The notes beneath the pieces are model-generated. The model had not been told where the DNA came from. It was given only the letters and a program-made list of their open reading frames with translations, and searched no databases. From Spirochaetia bacterium (GTDB lineage Bacteria > Spirochaetota > Spirochaetia > UBA9216), in the NCBI GenBank assembly GCA_965140585.1, contig OZ223269.1:128001-192000 (forward strand): 64,000 nt of DNA, given 5' to 3'. Shown here in pieces: positions 10,176 to 20,221 of the stretch. A program made the position numbers and the translations under genes. Each line of letters begins with the position of its first letter. Position 1 is the stretch's first letter.

Positions 10176-10208
10176 ATATAGGGCACAAATCATTATTGGA
10201 GGTATCAA

Positions 10209-11543
10209 ATGATACGTGTCTTAGGGAATTTTTTCGCAAAAGTAGCCCGAAGGTGGCTTCCTGATGCATTCCTGTTTGCTTTGATTCTTTCTTTTATTGT
10301 ATTCATACTGGGTATGGTAGTTGAAGGTCAGAGTTTTATAGCAATGACAGGTTACTTTGGCGGAGGAATGTGGGCATTTCTTGCTTTCTCAATGCAGATG
10401 GCCCTTATTATTGTAACCGGAAGCGCAATGGCACAGTCAAAGCCGGTTCATAAGTTCTTGAAAAGTATAGCAAAGCTTGCCAAGACTCCTACACAGGCTA
10501 TCGTTCTTGTTTCTTTTGTAGCTGCTATCTGCTGCTGGTTGAACTGGGGTTTCGGTCTCATTATCGGTGCTCTTCTTGCAAAGGAACTTGCAAAGAATGT
10601 ACGCGGTCTTCATTACCCGCTTCTCGTTGCTGCTGCATACAGCGGATTCGTAGTCTGGCACGCAGGTCTTTCAGGGTCTATTCCCCTGAAAATTGCAGGA
10701 GCTGATTCCATTATGCAGAAATTTGCAGATGGCGCCATTGTACCCGCTTCCGAAACAATTTTCTCAGTTCAGAACCTGATACTTGTTGCTATTCTGGTTA
10801 TTACAATGCCGCTTATTAACCGCTTTATGCACCCCAAGAAAAAGGATGAGATTTTTGAGGTTGCCCCGAATCTGTTTGAAGATGAAGAAGAGGTAGAGGT
10901 TATTAAGGATAAAAAGGACATGACTCCTGCTGAAAAGCTTGAGAATAACATGATTCTTTCAATTATCATCGGTGCTATTGGTCTTGTTTACATTGTTTAC
11001 TATTTTGCAAAGGGTGGTGGAATCTCTCTTGATATCGTTAACTTTATCTTCCTCATCGTAGGTATCCTGCTTCACAAGACTCCGATTAGATATGTACGTG
11101 CTGTAGTTGAGGCTACAAAGGGTGTGGGCGGAGTTGTTCTGCAGTTCCCCTTCTATGCAGGTATCATGGGTATGATGATTAACAGCGGTCTTGCAAGCAC
11201 CTTCTCACAGGGCTTTGTAAATATCTCAAACGATACAACATTTCCGTTTTTTACCTTCCTTTCTGCCGGAGTTGTTAACTTTTTTGTTCCTTCAGGCGGC
11301 GGTCAGTGGGGTGTTCAGGGTCCTATTATGATTCCTGCGGCAAAACAGCTTGGTGTTTCATTTGCATCAACTTCAATGGCGGTAGCCTGGGGTGATGCCT
11401 GGACCAACATGATTCAGCCTTTCTGGGCTCTCCCTCTGCTCGGTGTAGCCAAGCTTAATATCAGGGATATCATGGGCTATACAACCGTGATACTTCTCTA
11501 TACGGGAATTGTAATTTCACTTTTCATGTTGTTTGCATTTTAG
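10209..11543 (+). CDS. atoE: short-chain fatty acid transporter
   Basis: Multi-TM protein with PDAFLFA, FSMQMAL, PSGGGQW, WGDAWTNMIQPFWALP. Confidence 0.92.
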   Translation: MIRVLGNFFAKVARRWLPDAFLFALILSFIVFILGMVVEGQSFIAMTGYFGGGMWAFLAFSMQMALIIVTGSAMAQSKPVHKFLKSIAKLAKTPTQAIVLVSFVAAICCWLNWGFGLIIGALLAKELAKNVRGLHYPLLVAAAYSGFVVWHAGLSGSIPLKIAGADSIMQKFADGAIVPASETIFSVQNLILVAILVITMPLINRFMHPKKKDEIFEVAPNLFEDEEEVEVIKDKKDMTPAEKLENNMILSIIIGAIGLVYIVYYFAKGGGISLDIVNFIFLIVGILLHKTPIRYVRAVVEATKGVGGVVLQFPFYAGIMGMMINSGLASTFSQGFVNISNDTTFPFFTFLSAGVVNFFVPSGGGQWGVQGPIMIPAAKQLGVSFASTSMAVAWGDAWTNMIQPFWALPLLGVAKLNIRDIMGYTTVILLYTGIVISLFMLFAF

Positions 11544-11552
11544 AGGATTTGA

Positions 11553-12731
11553 ATGAAAGATGTATTTCTAGTTGACGGCGGACGAACCGCCGTCGGTTCT
11601 TTCAGCGGAAGCCTGTCAGCCGTTAACCCGGCTGACACCGCTGCAACTGTAATTAAGGCACTGCTCGATCGTCAGGACCTTAAACCGGAAGACGTTGATG
11701 AGGTAGTACTCGGCTGCGTTCTTCAAACTGCACTTGGCCAGAATATCAGCCGTCAGGCTCTGATAAAGTCCGGAATCCCGGTGGAGAAAACCGCATATAC
11801 AATAAATATGGTCTGCGGTTCCGGCCTCCGGAGTATCATGCTGGCATCACAGAGCGTAATGTGCGGTGATGCTGATATGATAATAGCCGGCGGTACAGAG
11901 AATATGTCCATGGCGCCATATGCACTACCCGGAGCAAGAAATGGTTACCGGATGGGCGACAATAAAATTGTTGATACTATGGTACATGACGGATTATGGG
12001 ATATTTTCAATAATTACCATATGGGAATAACTGCAGAGAATCTTGCTGAAAAATACAGCATAAGCCGTGATGAGCAGGATGCATTTGCTGCTGCTTCCCA
12101 GAATAAGGCAGAGGCTGCAAGAAACGCTGGAAAATTTAAGGATGAAATAATTCCTGTTGTGATTCCCCAGCGAAAGGGTGAACCGGTAATTTTTGAAAAC
12201 GATGAGTTTATCCGTGACGGAGTAACTGCCGAATCTCTAGGCAAACTTAAACCTGCCTTTAAAAAGGACGGTACCGTAACAGCAGGAAATGCTTCAGGAA
12301 TAAACGACGGAGCAGCCGGGTTTATTGTGGCGTCAGGTGATTTTGTTAAAGAAAGAAAACTGCAGCCGCTTGCAAGGGTCGTATCATACGGTTATGCAGG
12401 AGTAGATCCTTCAATAATGGGTTTCGGTCCGGTTGATGCGGTAAAAACCGCACTGAAGAAGGCCGGCTGGAGTGTTTCGGATCTTCAGCTTGTTGAAGCC
12501 AACGAGGCTTTCGCAGCTCAGGCGATATCGGTAAACAAGGCTCTCGGCTGGGATACCTCCATTGTAAACGTGAACGGCGGTGCTATTGCGATAGGCCATC
12601 CAATAGGTGCCAGCGGTACCAGAATCCTTACTACTCTGGTTTATGAAATGAAAAAGCGGAATCTCAGTAAGGGGCTTGCAACACTCTGTATCGGAGGCGG
12701 AATGGGTGCCGCACTCTGCGTAGAGATGTAA
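11553..12731 (+). CDS. atoB: acetyl-CoA acetyltransferase (thiolase)
   Basis: [28 protein letters not shown]. Confidence 0.95.
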   Translation: MKDVFLVDGGRTAVGSFSGSLSAVNPADTAATVIKALLDRQDLKPEDVDEVVLGCVLQTALGQNISRQALIKSGIPVEKTAYTINMVCGSGLRSIMLASQSVMCGDADMIIAGGTENMSMAPYALPGARNGYRMGDNKIVDTMVHDGLWDIFNNYHMGITAENLAEKYSISRDEQDAFAAASQNKAEAARNAGKFKDEIIPVVIPQRKGEPVIFENDEFIRDGVTAESLGKLKPAFKKDGTVTAGNASGINDGAAGFIVASGDFVKERKLQPLARVVSYGYAGVDPSIMGFGPVDAVKTALKKAGWSVSDLQLVEANEAFAAQAISVNKALGWDTSIVNVNGGAIAIGHPIGASGTRILTTLVYEMKKRNLSKGLATLCIGGGMGAALCVEM

Positions 12732-12743
12732 GGAGAGACGGTT

Positions 12744-13418
12744 ATGGTAGAAAAGCAGATTTTAACTGCGGCTGAAGCCGTCAAACTGATTCCGGACAAT
12801 GCAGTTATTATGGTCGGCGGCTTCATGGGCTGTGGCTCACCGCCGAAGCTTCTTGAGGAATTGAAAGCCTCTGGAAGAAAAAACTTCACAATGGTGGGAA
12901 ACGATTGCGGCTGGCATAATGAGGCTGCAGGTAAAATAGAAGGCGTTGCTATAAATGTAGCTGAGAAGCAGTTCTCTAAAGTTATAGCAACTCATATTGG
13001 ACTGAATGCCGAAGTCCAGCGGCAGATGATAGCCGGAGAAACCGAGGTTGAGCTTATTCCCCAGGGTACTCTTGCCGAGCAGATAAGAGCTGCAGGCTGC
13101 GGTCTTGGAGGAATCCTTACGCCTACCGGAGTAGGTACCGAGGTTGAGGAAGGAAAGACTGTCCATGAAATCAACGGTGTAAAGTACCTGATTGAGAAGG
13201 CTCTTAAAGGTGATGTGGCTTTAATCCGTGCTGCAAAGGCTGATAAAGCCGGTAACCTGGTTTACTCAAAATCAGCCCGCAATTTCAATCCGCTAATGGC
13301 TATGGCATGCGACCTTGTTATTGTAGAAGCTGATGAAATAGTTGAGATTGGCGAACTGGATCCTGAAGTTGTTGTTACTCCTTCTGTATTCGTAAAAGTA
13401 CTGGTGAAAGGAGCATAA
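12744..13418 (+). CDS. atoD: acetoacetate CoA-transferase subunit alpha
   Basis: MVGGFMGCGSP, PQGTLAEQIRAAG, ARNFNP. Confidence 0.92.
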   Translation: MVEKQILTAAEAVKLIPDNAVIMVGGFMGCGSPPKLLEELKASGRKNFTMVGNDCGWHNEAAGKIEGVAINVAEKQFSKVIATHIGLNAEVQRQMIAGETEVELIPQGTLAEQIRAAGCGLGGILTPTGVGTEVEEGKTVHEINGVKYLIEKALKGDVALIRAAKADKAGNLVYSKSARNFNPLMAMACDLVIVEADEIVEIGELDPEVVVTPSVFVKVLVKGA

Positions 13419-13420
13419 CG

Positions 13421-14086
13421 ATGGAATATAAGCCGAATAAGAATATTATTGCAAAAAGAATTGCACGGTTTTTCAGCTCCGGAGATGTAGTTAACCTTGG
13501 AATCGGTCTGCCGACACTTGTTGGAAATTATGTTCCGGATGATGTTGATGTTACACTTCAGTCAGAGAACGGTTTTCTCGGACTTGGACCAGCACCGGAA
13601 GCGGGGCAGGAAATCCCCTTTCTTGAGAATGCCGGCGGAATGCCTGTTACAATGCTGAGTGGAGGCTGCTACTTTGATTCAGCCACTTCTTTCGGAATTA
13701 TCCGCGGCGGACATGTTGATTATACGGTTCTGGGTGTGCTTCAGGTCGATCAGAACGGAAACCTTGCTAACTACAAGATTCCGGGAAAGATGGTTCCCGG
13801 CATGGGTGGTGCAATGGATCTTACAGTAGGCGCCAAGGTGGTTATATGCGCCGGTGTTCATTTTGAAAAAAACGGAGGGTCAAAGCTCCTTCGTCAATGT
13901 ACGCTTCCTCTTACTGCGGTCGGGCAGGTTGACTATCTTGTGACCGATGTCGGAGTTTTTAAGATAAAAGACGAAAAATTTATTATGCAGGAAGTTTTTG
14001 CGCCGTATACGGCAGAATTTGTATTGGAAAATACAGAAGCAGATGTAGTAAAGGCGCCTGATTTTAAGATTGTCGAGATTGAATAA
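13421..14086 (+). CDS. atoA: acetoacetate CoA-transferase subunit beta
   Basis: VNLGIGLPT, LQSENG, GMGGAMDL. Confidence 0.92.
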   Translation: MEYKPNKNIIAKRIARFFSSGDVVNLGIGLPTLVGNYVPDDVDVTLQSENGFLGLGPAPEAGQEIPFLENAGGMPVTMLSGGCYFDSATSFGIIRGGHVDYTVLGVLQVDQNGNLANYKIPGKMVPGMGGAMDLTVGAKVVICAGVHFEKNGGSKLLRQCTLPLTAVGQVDYLVTDVGVFKIKDEKFIMQEVFAPYTAEFVLENTEADVVKAPDFKIVEIE

Positions 14087-14129
14087 ATCTCTCCTTTTAT
14101 ACTCCTCAAATTTGCTGCTTCCCCTGACA

Positions 14130-15645
14130 TTATAGGTCACAGGGGAGCAGCATTCTTTTTATCAGCTCTACAATATCTTTGAGTGCTGTATCGGTGTTTC
14201 CGGTCTGCATTTTGCTTGAACCCTGAATTACATTTGAAGAAACAGTTTCAAGTTCAGAGATCGCATCGTTAAGTTTTTCAGAAAACTCTACAACTGTTTT
14301 GGTGAAGCTGCTCATGTTCTCAACAGCCTTCTGTACATCTGTAACATGAAGATCGATCTGCTGAAATGAAGACTGAACGGTCTTTGACTCTTCACCTACA
14401 TTTTCTATGTTACCGAGAACCTGATTCAGATTATGTCCAATGCTTTTTGACTGTTCTGATGCAGTCTCTGCAAGTTTTCTGATTTCATCCGCTACAACGG
14501 CAAAGCCCTTTCCTGCCTCTCCGGCATGTGCTGCTTCAATTGCGGCATTCATGGCAAGCAGATTCGTCTGGCTTGCAACTGAGGCTATCATGGTGTTGGC
14601 TTCTACAAGATGGCTTGAATCCTCATTTATGGTATTCACAAGATTCTGCATGGTCTGGATTCTTCTGTTTCAATCCTGAGAGACACTTACGAGTGATTCA
14701 GATTTCTCAAGGCCCTGTTTTGATAAATCAGTCAGCTGTGAGTTGAATATCAGAAGCTCCCTCAGAGCATCGGACGATAACTGCAGTATGCTGCGCTGCT
14801 GACCGATGCTGTCGTTCAGGGAGTCGATATTTCTGGCCAGCTCTTCCACTGATGCGGTTGTTTCTGCAACACTTGATGCATGAGCGGACATTTCCTCGTT
14901 AGTTTCACTGAGGTTCTCTCTAATCTGAACGACTGCAGAGGCAATACCTGAAACTATTCCGCCAAGTTCCTGTTTATTGTCTGAAAGTACGTTTATGGTA
15001 TTGAGGATGTTTCTGAATCCGCTGTTAAGTTTTGCGAACAGAGAGTTTGCCATCAGTGCTACAAGACTTATTTCGTCAGTTGAATGAGCCGGAACCGATA
15101 CTGTAAAATCACCCGAAACACCCACTTCAAAGGTTGTCACCATGGTTCTAAGTGGGCTTACTATGTTGTTCATAACCAGACCGAGCATAATGAATATGAA
15201 CACAATCGCGGTTCCCCCTGCACTGATAAAAAGTACGGGAATACTGACCGGCAGTGTTTTCCCAAGTTCAAAAAGTGCTATTGATGAAATCGTTGCTATC
15301 ATAATAAACATCAGGATTGTTCCAATAAAAGATGCCAGGATAACAAGGTAAAGTTTGATTTTGATAGTTAAAATACTTGATTTCATCCCACGAGGGATCC
15401 CGGTCTCTGTACTTCCGGGCAAACAATTGTACGGGTACAATTGCCATTACGACTCCGATAAGTATTGTAGAAAGTGTTAAAAGAGTTGAGAGCGGGGCTG
15501 TTAAAAGAAGCTTTAGTTCATTCATAGTCATGTAGCCGCTTAATACAGTAAAAGATGCCAGCAAAAGCGGTGACAAAACTGGGCATGAGAGGAATACCAG
15601 GAGTCCTCGAGTTGTTAATTTTTTAACATAATTCCGGTTCAGCAC
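14130..15645 (-). pseudogene. methyl-accepting chemotaxis protein pseudogene
   Basis: Three pieces: TM segment 15645-15268, frameshifted TM/HAMP part 15440-14670, in-frame TGA at 14670-14672, then the signalling hairpin [35 protein letters not shown]. The C-terminus looks shortened. Confidence 0.8.
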
Positions 15646-15727
15646 AGAATTCTCCTTTATAATTAATACTTTGGTTTATTATCGGTAAAAACTTGATTTT
15701 GAGGTATTTGAACTTATGATTAATCTT

Positions 15728-17342
15728 ATGAGAAAGATAAGCTTAAAATAATGTTTTTACTGATCTGCTGATCTGCTGATCTGCTGATCTGCTGTCTGCA
15801 GGTCTTATTCTGGGTGCGGTTGCCGTTATGCAGATAAATGCTATGGGAAGAGCTAATCTGGAAGCTCTTGAGCAGAAGCTTCGTGATGATTATGACCTTA
15901 TGCTTAAAAATCAGATAGAGTCGGCAGTTTCGATAGTTGAAGCCATATATGAAAAGCTCAATGAATTAGGTGAAGAAAGAGCCTATACTGAAGCTGCGGA
16001 CGTGATCCGTTCAATAAGTTATGGTGAAAGCGGATATGTCTTTGTTTATGATTCTGCAGGAACAACTGTTGTTCTTCTCGGGAATGATCTTGAAGGGACG
16101 AACAGATGGGATCTGAAGGACGCATTCGGTAACTATATAATTCGTGATATTGTAAATGCGGCATAAAACGGTGACGGCTTCAGTACCTACTATTATCCAA
16201 AGCCCGGAGAGACCGAAGCTCTTCCAAAACGGGCTTATAATCAGTACTTTGCACCTTATGACTGGACTCTGGGCACCGGAAACTATATTGACGACATAGA
16301 TAAGGTTATTAAGGAAGAGGAAGAAAATATAGCGACTGTCATTTTTAATATTATACGGATCATTCTTATTATCGATGCAGGTATCATCCTTGTATCAATA
16401 TTTATTGCCTGGCTGATTGGAAAGCGTATTTCGCGACCGCTTGAAATTCTTGTCGAAAAGGTAAGTCTCATTGCCGACGGCAATCTTGATGTTGTATTTG
16501 ATATTAAGAGCAAGGACGAAACCCGGACCCTCTCTGATGCCCTTGGCAGAATGGAAATCCAGCTGAACAGGATAATCACAAATATTATTGAAATCACTCT
16601 GAAGATAAACAGTAGTGCTCAGCAGGTCGCAGAATCTGCCGCGCAGGTAGCCTCGGGTTCTTCAGAACAGGCGGCTAATGCTGAGGAAATCTCTGCGTCA
16701 ATGGAACAGCTTGTTTCAAACATCCATCAGAATACAGATAATTCACGTGAATCAAACAAAATAGTAGGCAAGGCTGCTGAGGAAGCTGATGCAGGCGGAC
16801 ATGCCGTAGAGGCTTCTGTTGAGATGATGACCCTGATAGCCGGAAAGATTAAGGTAATTGAAGAAATTGCAAGGAACACTAACCTTCTTGCTTTAAATGC
16901 TTCAATAGAAGCAGCCAGAGCAGGAGAGGCTGGAAAAGGCTTTTCGGTTGTCGCAACAGAGGTTAGCAAGCTTGCATCAAGCAGTCAGAGTGCCGCAGGA
17001 GAGATAACCTCATTATCCGGAGAAAGCGTAGGCAAGGCCAACGAGACTATGAGAATCATTCAGGAGATGATTCCCGCGATACGCAAGTCTGCGGATATTG
17101 CTGCTGAGATTATGGCCGGTTCAGAAGAACAGGCAAAGGGTGCAGAACAGGTAAATACCGCCCTCATGCAGATGGATGATGTCATACAGGCAAATGCCGC
17201 TGCGAGTGAGGAAATAGCATCAATGGCTGAAGAGCTGCGACGCAATTCCGATGATCTTAATGAAGCCGTAGGGTTCTTTAAAACTTCTGATTCATACGTT
17301 GAAACAGAAACAAATCATAAGAGTATGAAATACCTGGAATAG
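15728..17342 (+). pseudogene. Cache-domain methyl-accepting chemotaxis protein pseudogene
   Basis: N-terminus broken by an early stop and a tandem repeat. TAA at 16164-16166 interrupts a Cache domain that continues in frame ([15 protein letters not shown]...[12 protein letters not shown]) into HAMP and the MCP signal domain. Confidence 0.85.
15760..15791 (+). repeat. tandem repeat (CTGATCTG)x4
   Basis: Directly visible in the sequence. Confidence 0.95.
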
Positions 17343-17460
17343 CTCCGGGTATTTAAACTTCAGTCCCTCTGGCTTTATATTGACTACATAATAAAACTGT
17401 AGTACTTTATGTATACTTAATAAGCTTAAATATAATTAAATTCAATAACAGAGGTTTTTT

Positions 17461-18543
17461 ATGGCAAACAATTACAAGATTGCGGTGCTTCCCGGCGACG
17501 GTACAGGCCCGGAAGTAGTTGAACAGGGTGTAAAGGTTCTTAAGGCTGCTTCATCTAAATTCGGCTTTTCACTTGATTTGAAGGAATTCGACTGGGGCGG
17601 GGACAGGTACCTCAAAACCGGAAATGTTCTTCCTGATGATGCTGCCGAGCAGCTTAAGGGATTTGATTCAATTTACCTCGGTGCTATCGGGCATCCTGAT
17701 GTAAAGCCGGGTATTCTTGAGAAGGGTATTCTTCTTAAACTCAGATTCGACCTCGATCAGTATATCAATCTCAGACCTGTAAAGCTTTATCCCGGTGTTG
17801 AAACACCGCTTAAAGATAAGGGTCCCAAGGAAATCGACTACGTAGTTGTCCGTGAAAACACCGGAGGTATCTACACCGGAACAGGCGGATTCTCAATGAA
17901 AGGGACTGCCCATGAAGTTGCAACACAGAGCATGGTTTACAGCAGACACCAGGTTGAAAGATGTCTCAGGTATGCCTTTGAATATGCAAGAAACCACGGA
18001 AAGAAAGCCCGGGGCGTAGGTGAAAACAATACACTCGGTCTTGTCGGAAAAACCAATGTTTTGACATATGTATTCGACCTCTGGGAAAGAGCTTTCCATG
18101 AAATCGGTGAGGCAGAATTTCCGGATGTCAAGAGAGAGTACTACCACGTAGATGCTACATGTATGTGGATGGTTAAGAGCCCGGAATGGTTTGATGTTCT
18201 TGTAACCAGCAATATGTTCGGCGATATCATTACTGACCTTGGCGCAATAACACAGGGCGGGATGGGCGTTGCAGCCGGCGGTAACATCAATCCTGAAGGC
18301 GTTTCAATGTTCGAACCAATCGGCGGTTCAGCACCCAAGTACACCGGACAGGGAATCATCAACCCGCTTGCTTCCATAGTTGCAGGTTCTATGATGCTTC
18401 AGACTCTCGGTGAGCAGGAAGCTGCTGACAAGATTGAGAAGGCTGTTATGACAGCAACAGGTTCAAAACTTAAGAGCCTTTCAGCCGGTAAAATGGGTTA
18501 CTCAACCAGTGAGGTTGGTGATCTCATCGTTGACCTTCTTTAA
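17461..18543 (+). CDS. leuB: 3-isopropylmalate dehydrogenase
   Basis: PGDGTGPEV, NLRP, VRENT, NMFGDIITD, FEPIGGSAP. Substrate assignment within the family is inferred. Confidence 0.85.
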   Translation: MANNYKIAVLPGDGTGPEVVEQGVKVLKAASSKFGFSLDLKEFDWGGDRYLKTGNVLPDDAAEQLKGFDSIYLGAIGHPDVKPGILEKGILLKLRFDLDQYINLRPVKLYPGVETPLKDKGPKEIDYVVVRENTGGIYTGTGGFSMKGTAHEVATQSMVYSRHQVERCLRYAFEYARNHGKKARGVGENNTLGLVGKTNVLTYVFDLWERAFHEIGEAEFPDVKREYYHVDATCMWMVKSPEWFDVLVTSNMFGDIITDLGAITQGGMGVAAGGNINPEGVSMFEPIGGSAPKYTGQGIINPLASIVAGSMMLQTLGEQEAADKIEKAVMTATGSKLKSLSAGKMGYSTSEVGDLIVDLL

Positions 18544-18562
18544 TTTTAACAAAAGAGATTCA

Positions 18563-18601
18563 GGAGGCTGGCCGGGTATACCCAGTCAGCCTCTTTTTTT
18601 T
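18563..18601 (+). terminator. intrinsic terminator after leuB
   Basis: GAGGCTGGCCGGG/CCCAGTCAGCCTC hairpin followed by T8. Confidence 0.85.
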
Positions 18602-18728
18602 ACATAAATTAATTTCCGGTTTCCCTGGTTTCAGGACTCTGTCATCATTCTGATATCAGAGATGACTATATTGCCTGCTGAAATTAAAAAGTGTAATATT
18701 CAAATACAAAACTTTGAGGTATTCCTGA

Positions 18729-18776
18729 ATGGAATGCTCTCACAAATCGGCCATACGGGATTTTCCGGGGGTTTAA
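18729..18776 (+). other. candidate leader peptide (uORF) MECSHKSAIRDFPGV
   Basis: GAGGT SD 8 nt before the ATG, inside a structured 5' leader of about 240 nt. Confidence 0.35.
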
Positions 18777-18945
18777 TTCATCAGGAGGATACAGTTAAAA
18801 CATACTAGTTAATTCGAACTATGTTTTCTGTATTTACCGGTTAAACTTTAGAGTCCCAGTAATTTCAATACTTCAAATCAAAATAAAATACAGATTTTCA
18901 GAATACATAGTTCATCACTGACAACAAATTACTAAGGAGTCAAAG

Positions 18946-20166
18946 ATGAAAAAACTATTAATACTCGGAACAGGTGCTCAGGGAAGTACCGTAGCAAAGA
19001 GGATGGATGAAGAGCCTGCAGTAGGTGAAATAATATGTGCCGATTACGATCTGCATGCTGTCAATGATCTGGTTGCAGGCCTGAAGAAGGGAAAGCCGCT
19101 TCAGATTGATGCTTCGAAAAAAGAAAATATTATAGAAGCTGCAAGGGGAGTGGATCTTCTTGTCAATGCACTGCCGATGGCGTTCGGCCGTATTGTCCTT
19201 GAGGCGGCTCTGGAAGCAGAGGTAAACTACCAGGATTTTGCAGCTGCCGATACCCCTGACATCGACTGGGTTGAAGGCATCAGGCAGATGCTCAGTGAAA
19301 CCTCTGATAAGTTCAGGTCTGTAGGTAAAACCGCACTTATAAGCACAGGCTCGGCGCCCGGAATCATCTGTGTCGCCGCCAGAGATGCAGTAAGGGAGCT
19401 GGACAGCTGTGAGACAATCAATATGTATGTGTGGGAAGGCGTCAAATCAAAAAGATTTCTGCCTTTCTGGTGGTCTCCGGTTGTTGCCTATGCTGACATG
19501 TCAGATGATGCTTTTCCCTGCATAGACGGTGAAATAACTGCCGCAGCACCCTTCAGCATGTATGAATACAAGAAATTCCGGGGAATGGACCGCGAAATCA
19601 TGCATGTTGAACATGCCCATGATGAGACAGTCCTTATGGGAATTAACTCGGGAAAATACTTCAAAGGGGTTAAAAACGTATACTTTAAATACGGTGGCTA
19701 CGGTATCGATTTTGCCGAACCCCTGTACAAGATGGGACTGCTTTCCGAAAAACCAGTCGAGGTTGACGGTCAGATGGTAATTCCCCGGAATCTGCTGTTG
19801 AAAATGACCCCTCCTGCACCCAAGTATCATGATGAAATCAAGGCTATTTTGGATGAAGGGCTGATCGATGATTCCGGAGCTATGCTCATTGAAGCAATCG
19901 GAATGAAAGACGGTAAAAAAGTCATGGTTGAAAGTTATGTTAATTCACTGGGCTGTGCAGACGCTTTTGAAAAATCCGGACTGACCGGAGAAACCTATTT
20001 TACCGGTCAGGGCGGTGCACTTTTTACGAAGCTTTTTGTAAATGATAAAATTTATCAGAAGGGCCTGATTTCATCAGATATGATGGAATATGACCAAGTT
20101 GATTATTATCTTTCTGAAGCCGCTAAACTTGATATAACAATCGATAAACAGGTAATAGAGCTTTAA
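18946..20166 (+). CDS. saccharopine dehydrogenase / carboxy(nor)spermidine dehydrogenase family oxidoreductase
   Basis: ILGTGAQG Rossmann motif, NYQD, GSAPG, HDE. Confidence 0.8.
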   Translation: MKKLLILGTGAQGSTVAKRMDEEPAVGEIICADYDLHAVNDLVAGLKKGKPLQIDASKKENIIEAARGVDLLVNALPMAFGRIVLEAALEAEVNYQDFAAADTPDIDWVEGIRQMLSETSDKFRSVGKTALISTGSAPGIICVAARDAVRELDSCETINMYVWEGVKSKRFLPFWWSPVVAYADMSDDAFPCIDGEITAAAPFSMYEYKKFRGMDREIMHVEHAHDETVLMGINSGKYFKGVKNVYFKYGGYGIDFAEPLYKMGLLSEKPVEVDGQMVIPRNLLLKMTPPAPKYHDEIKAILDEGLIDDSGAMLIEAIGMKDGKKVMVESYVNSLGCADAFEKSGLTGETYFTGQGGALFTKLFVNDKIYQKGLISSDMMEYDQVDYYLSEAAKLDITIDKQVIEL

Positions 20167-20185
20167 CCGGAATATTGGCATTGAA

Positions 20186-20214
20186 TTGACACTAAGTATT
20201 TATGTTCATATAAT
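20186..20214 (+). promoter_or_regulatory. consensus sigma70 promoter, probably leaderless transcript
   Basis: TTGACA-17-TATAAT with the ATG 7 nt after the -10. Confidence 0.8.
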
Positions 20215-20221
20215 TCAGTGA

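Noticed and set aside
14670-14672. selenocysteine or recoded TGA in the MCP
   Set aside because: Not a Cys-type position, the gene has other lesions, and TGA is a normal stop elsewhere in the window.
18700-18945. canonical lysine riboswitch or T-box
   Set aside because: Their conserved sequence elements were not recognisable; kept only as an unknown structured leader.
20177-20196. second NrtR site before the HD-GYP gene (shares ACACTAAG)
   Set aside because: Only the right half matches, and it coincides with the TTGACA -35 box.
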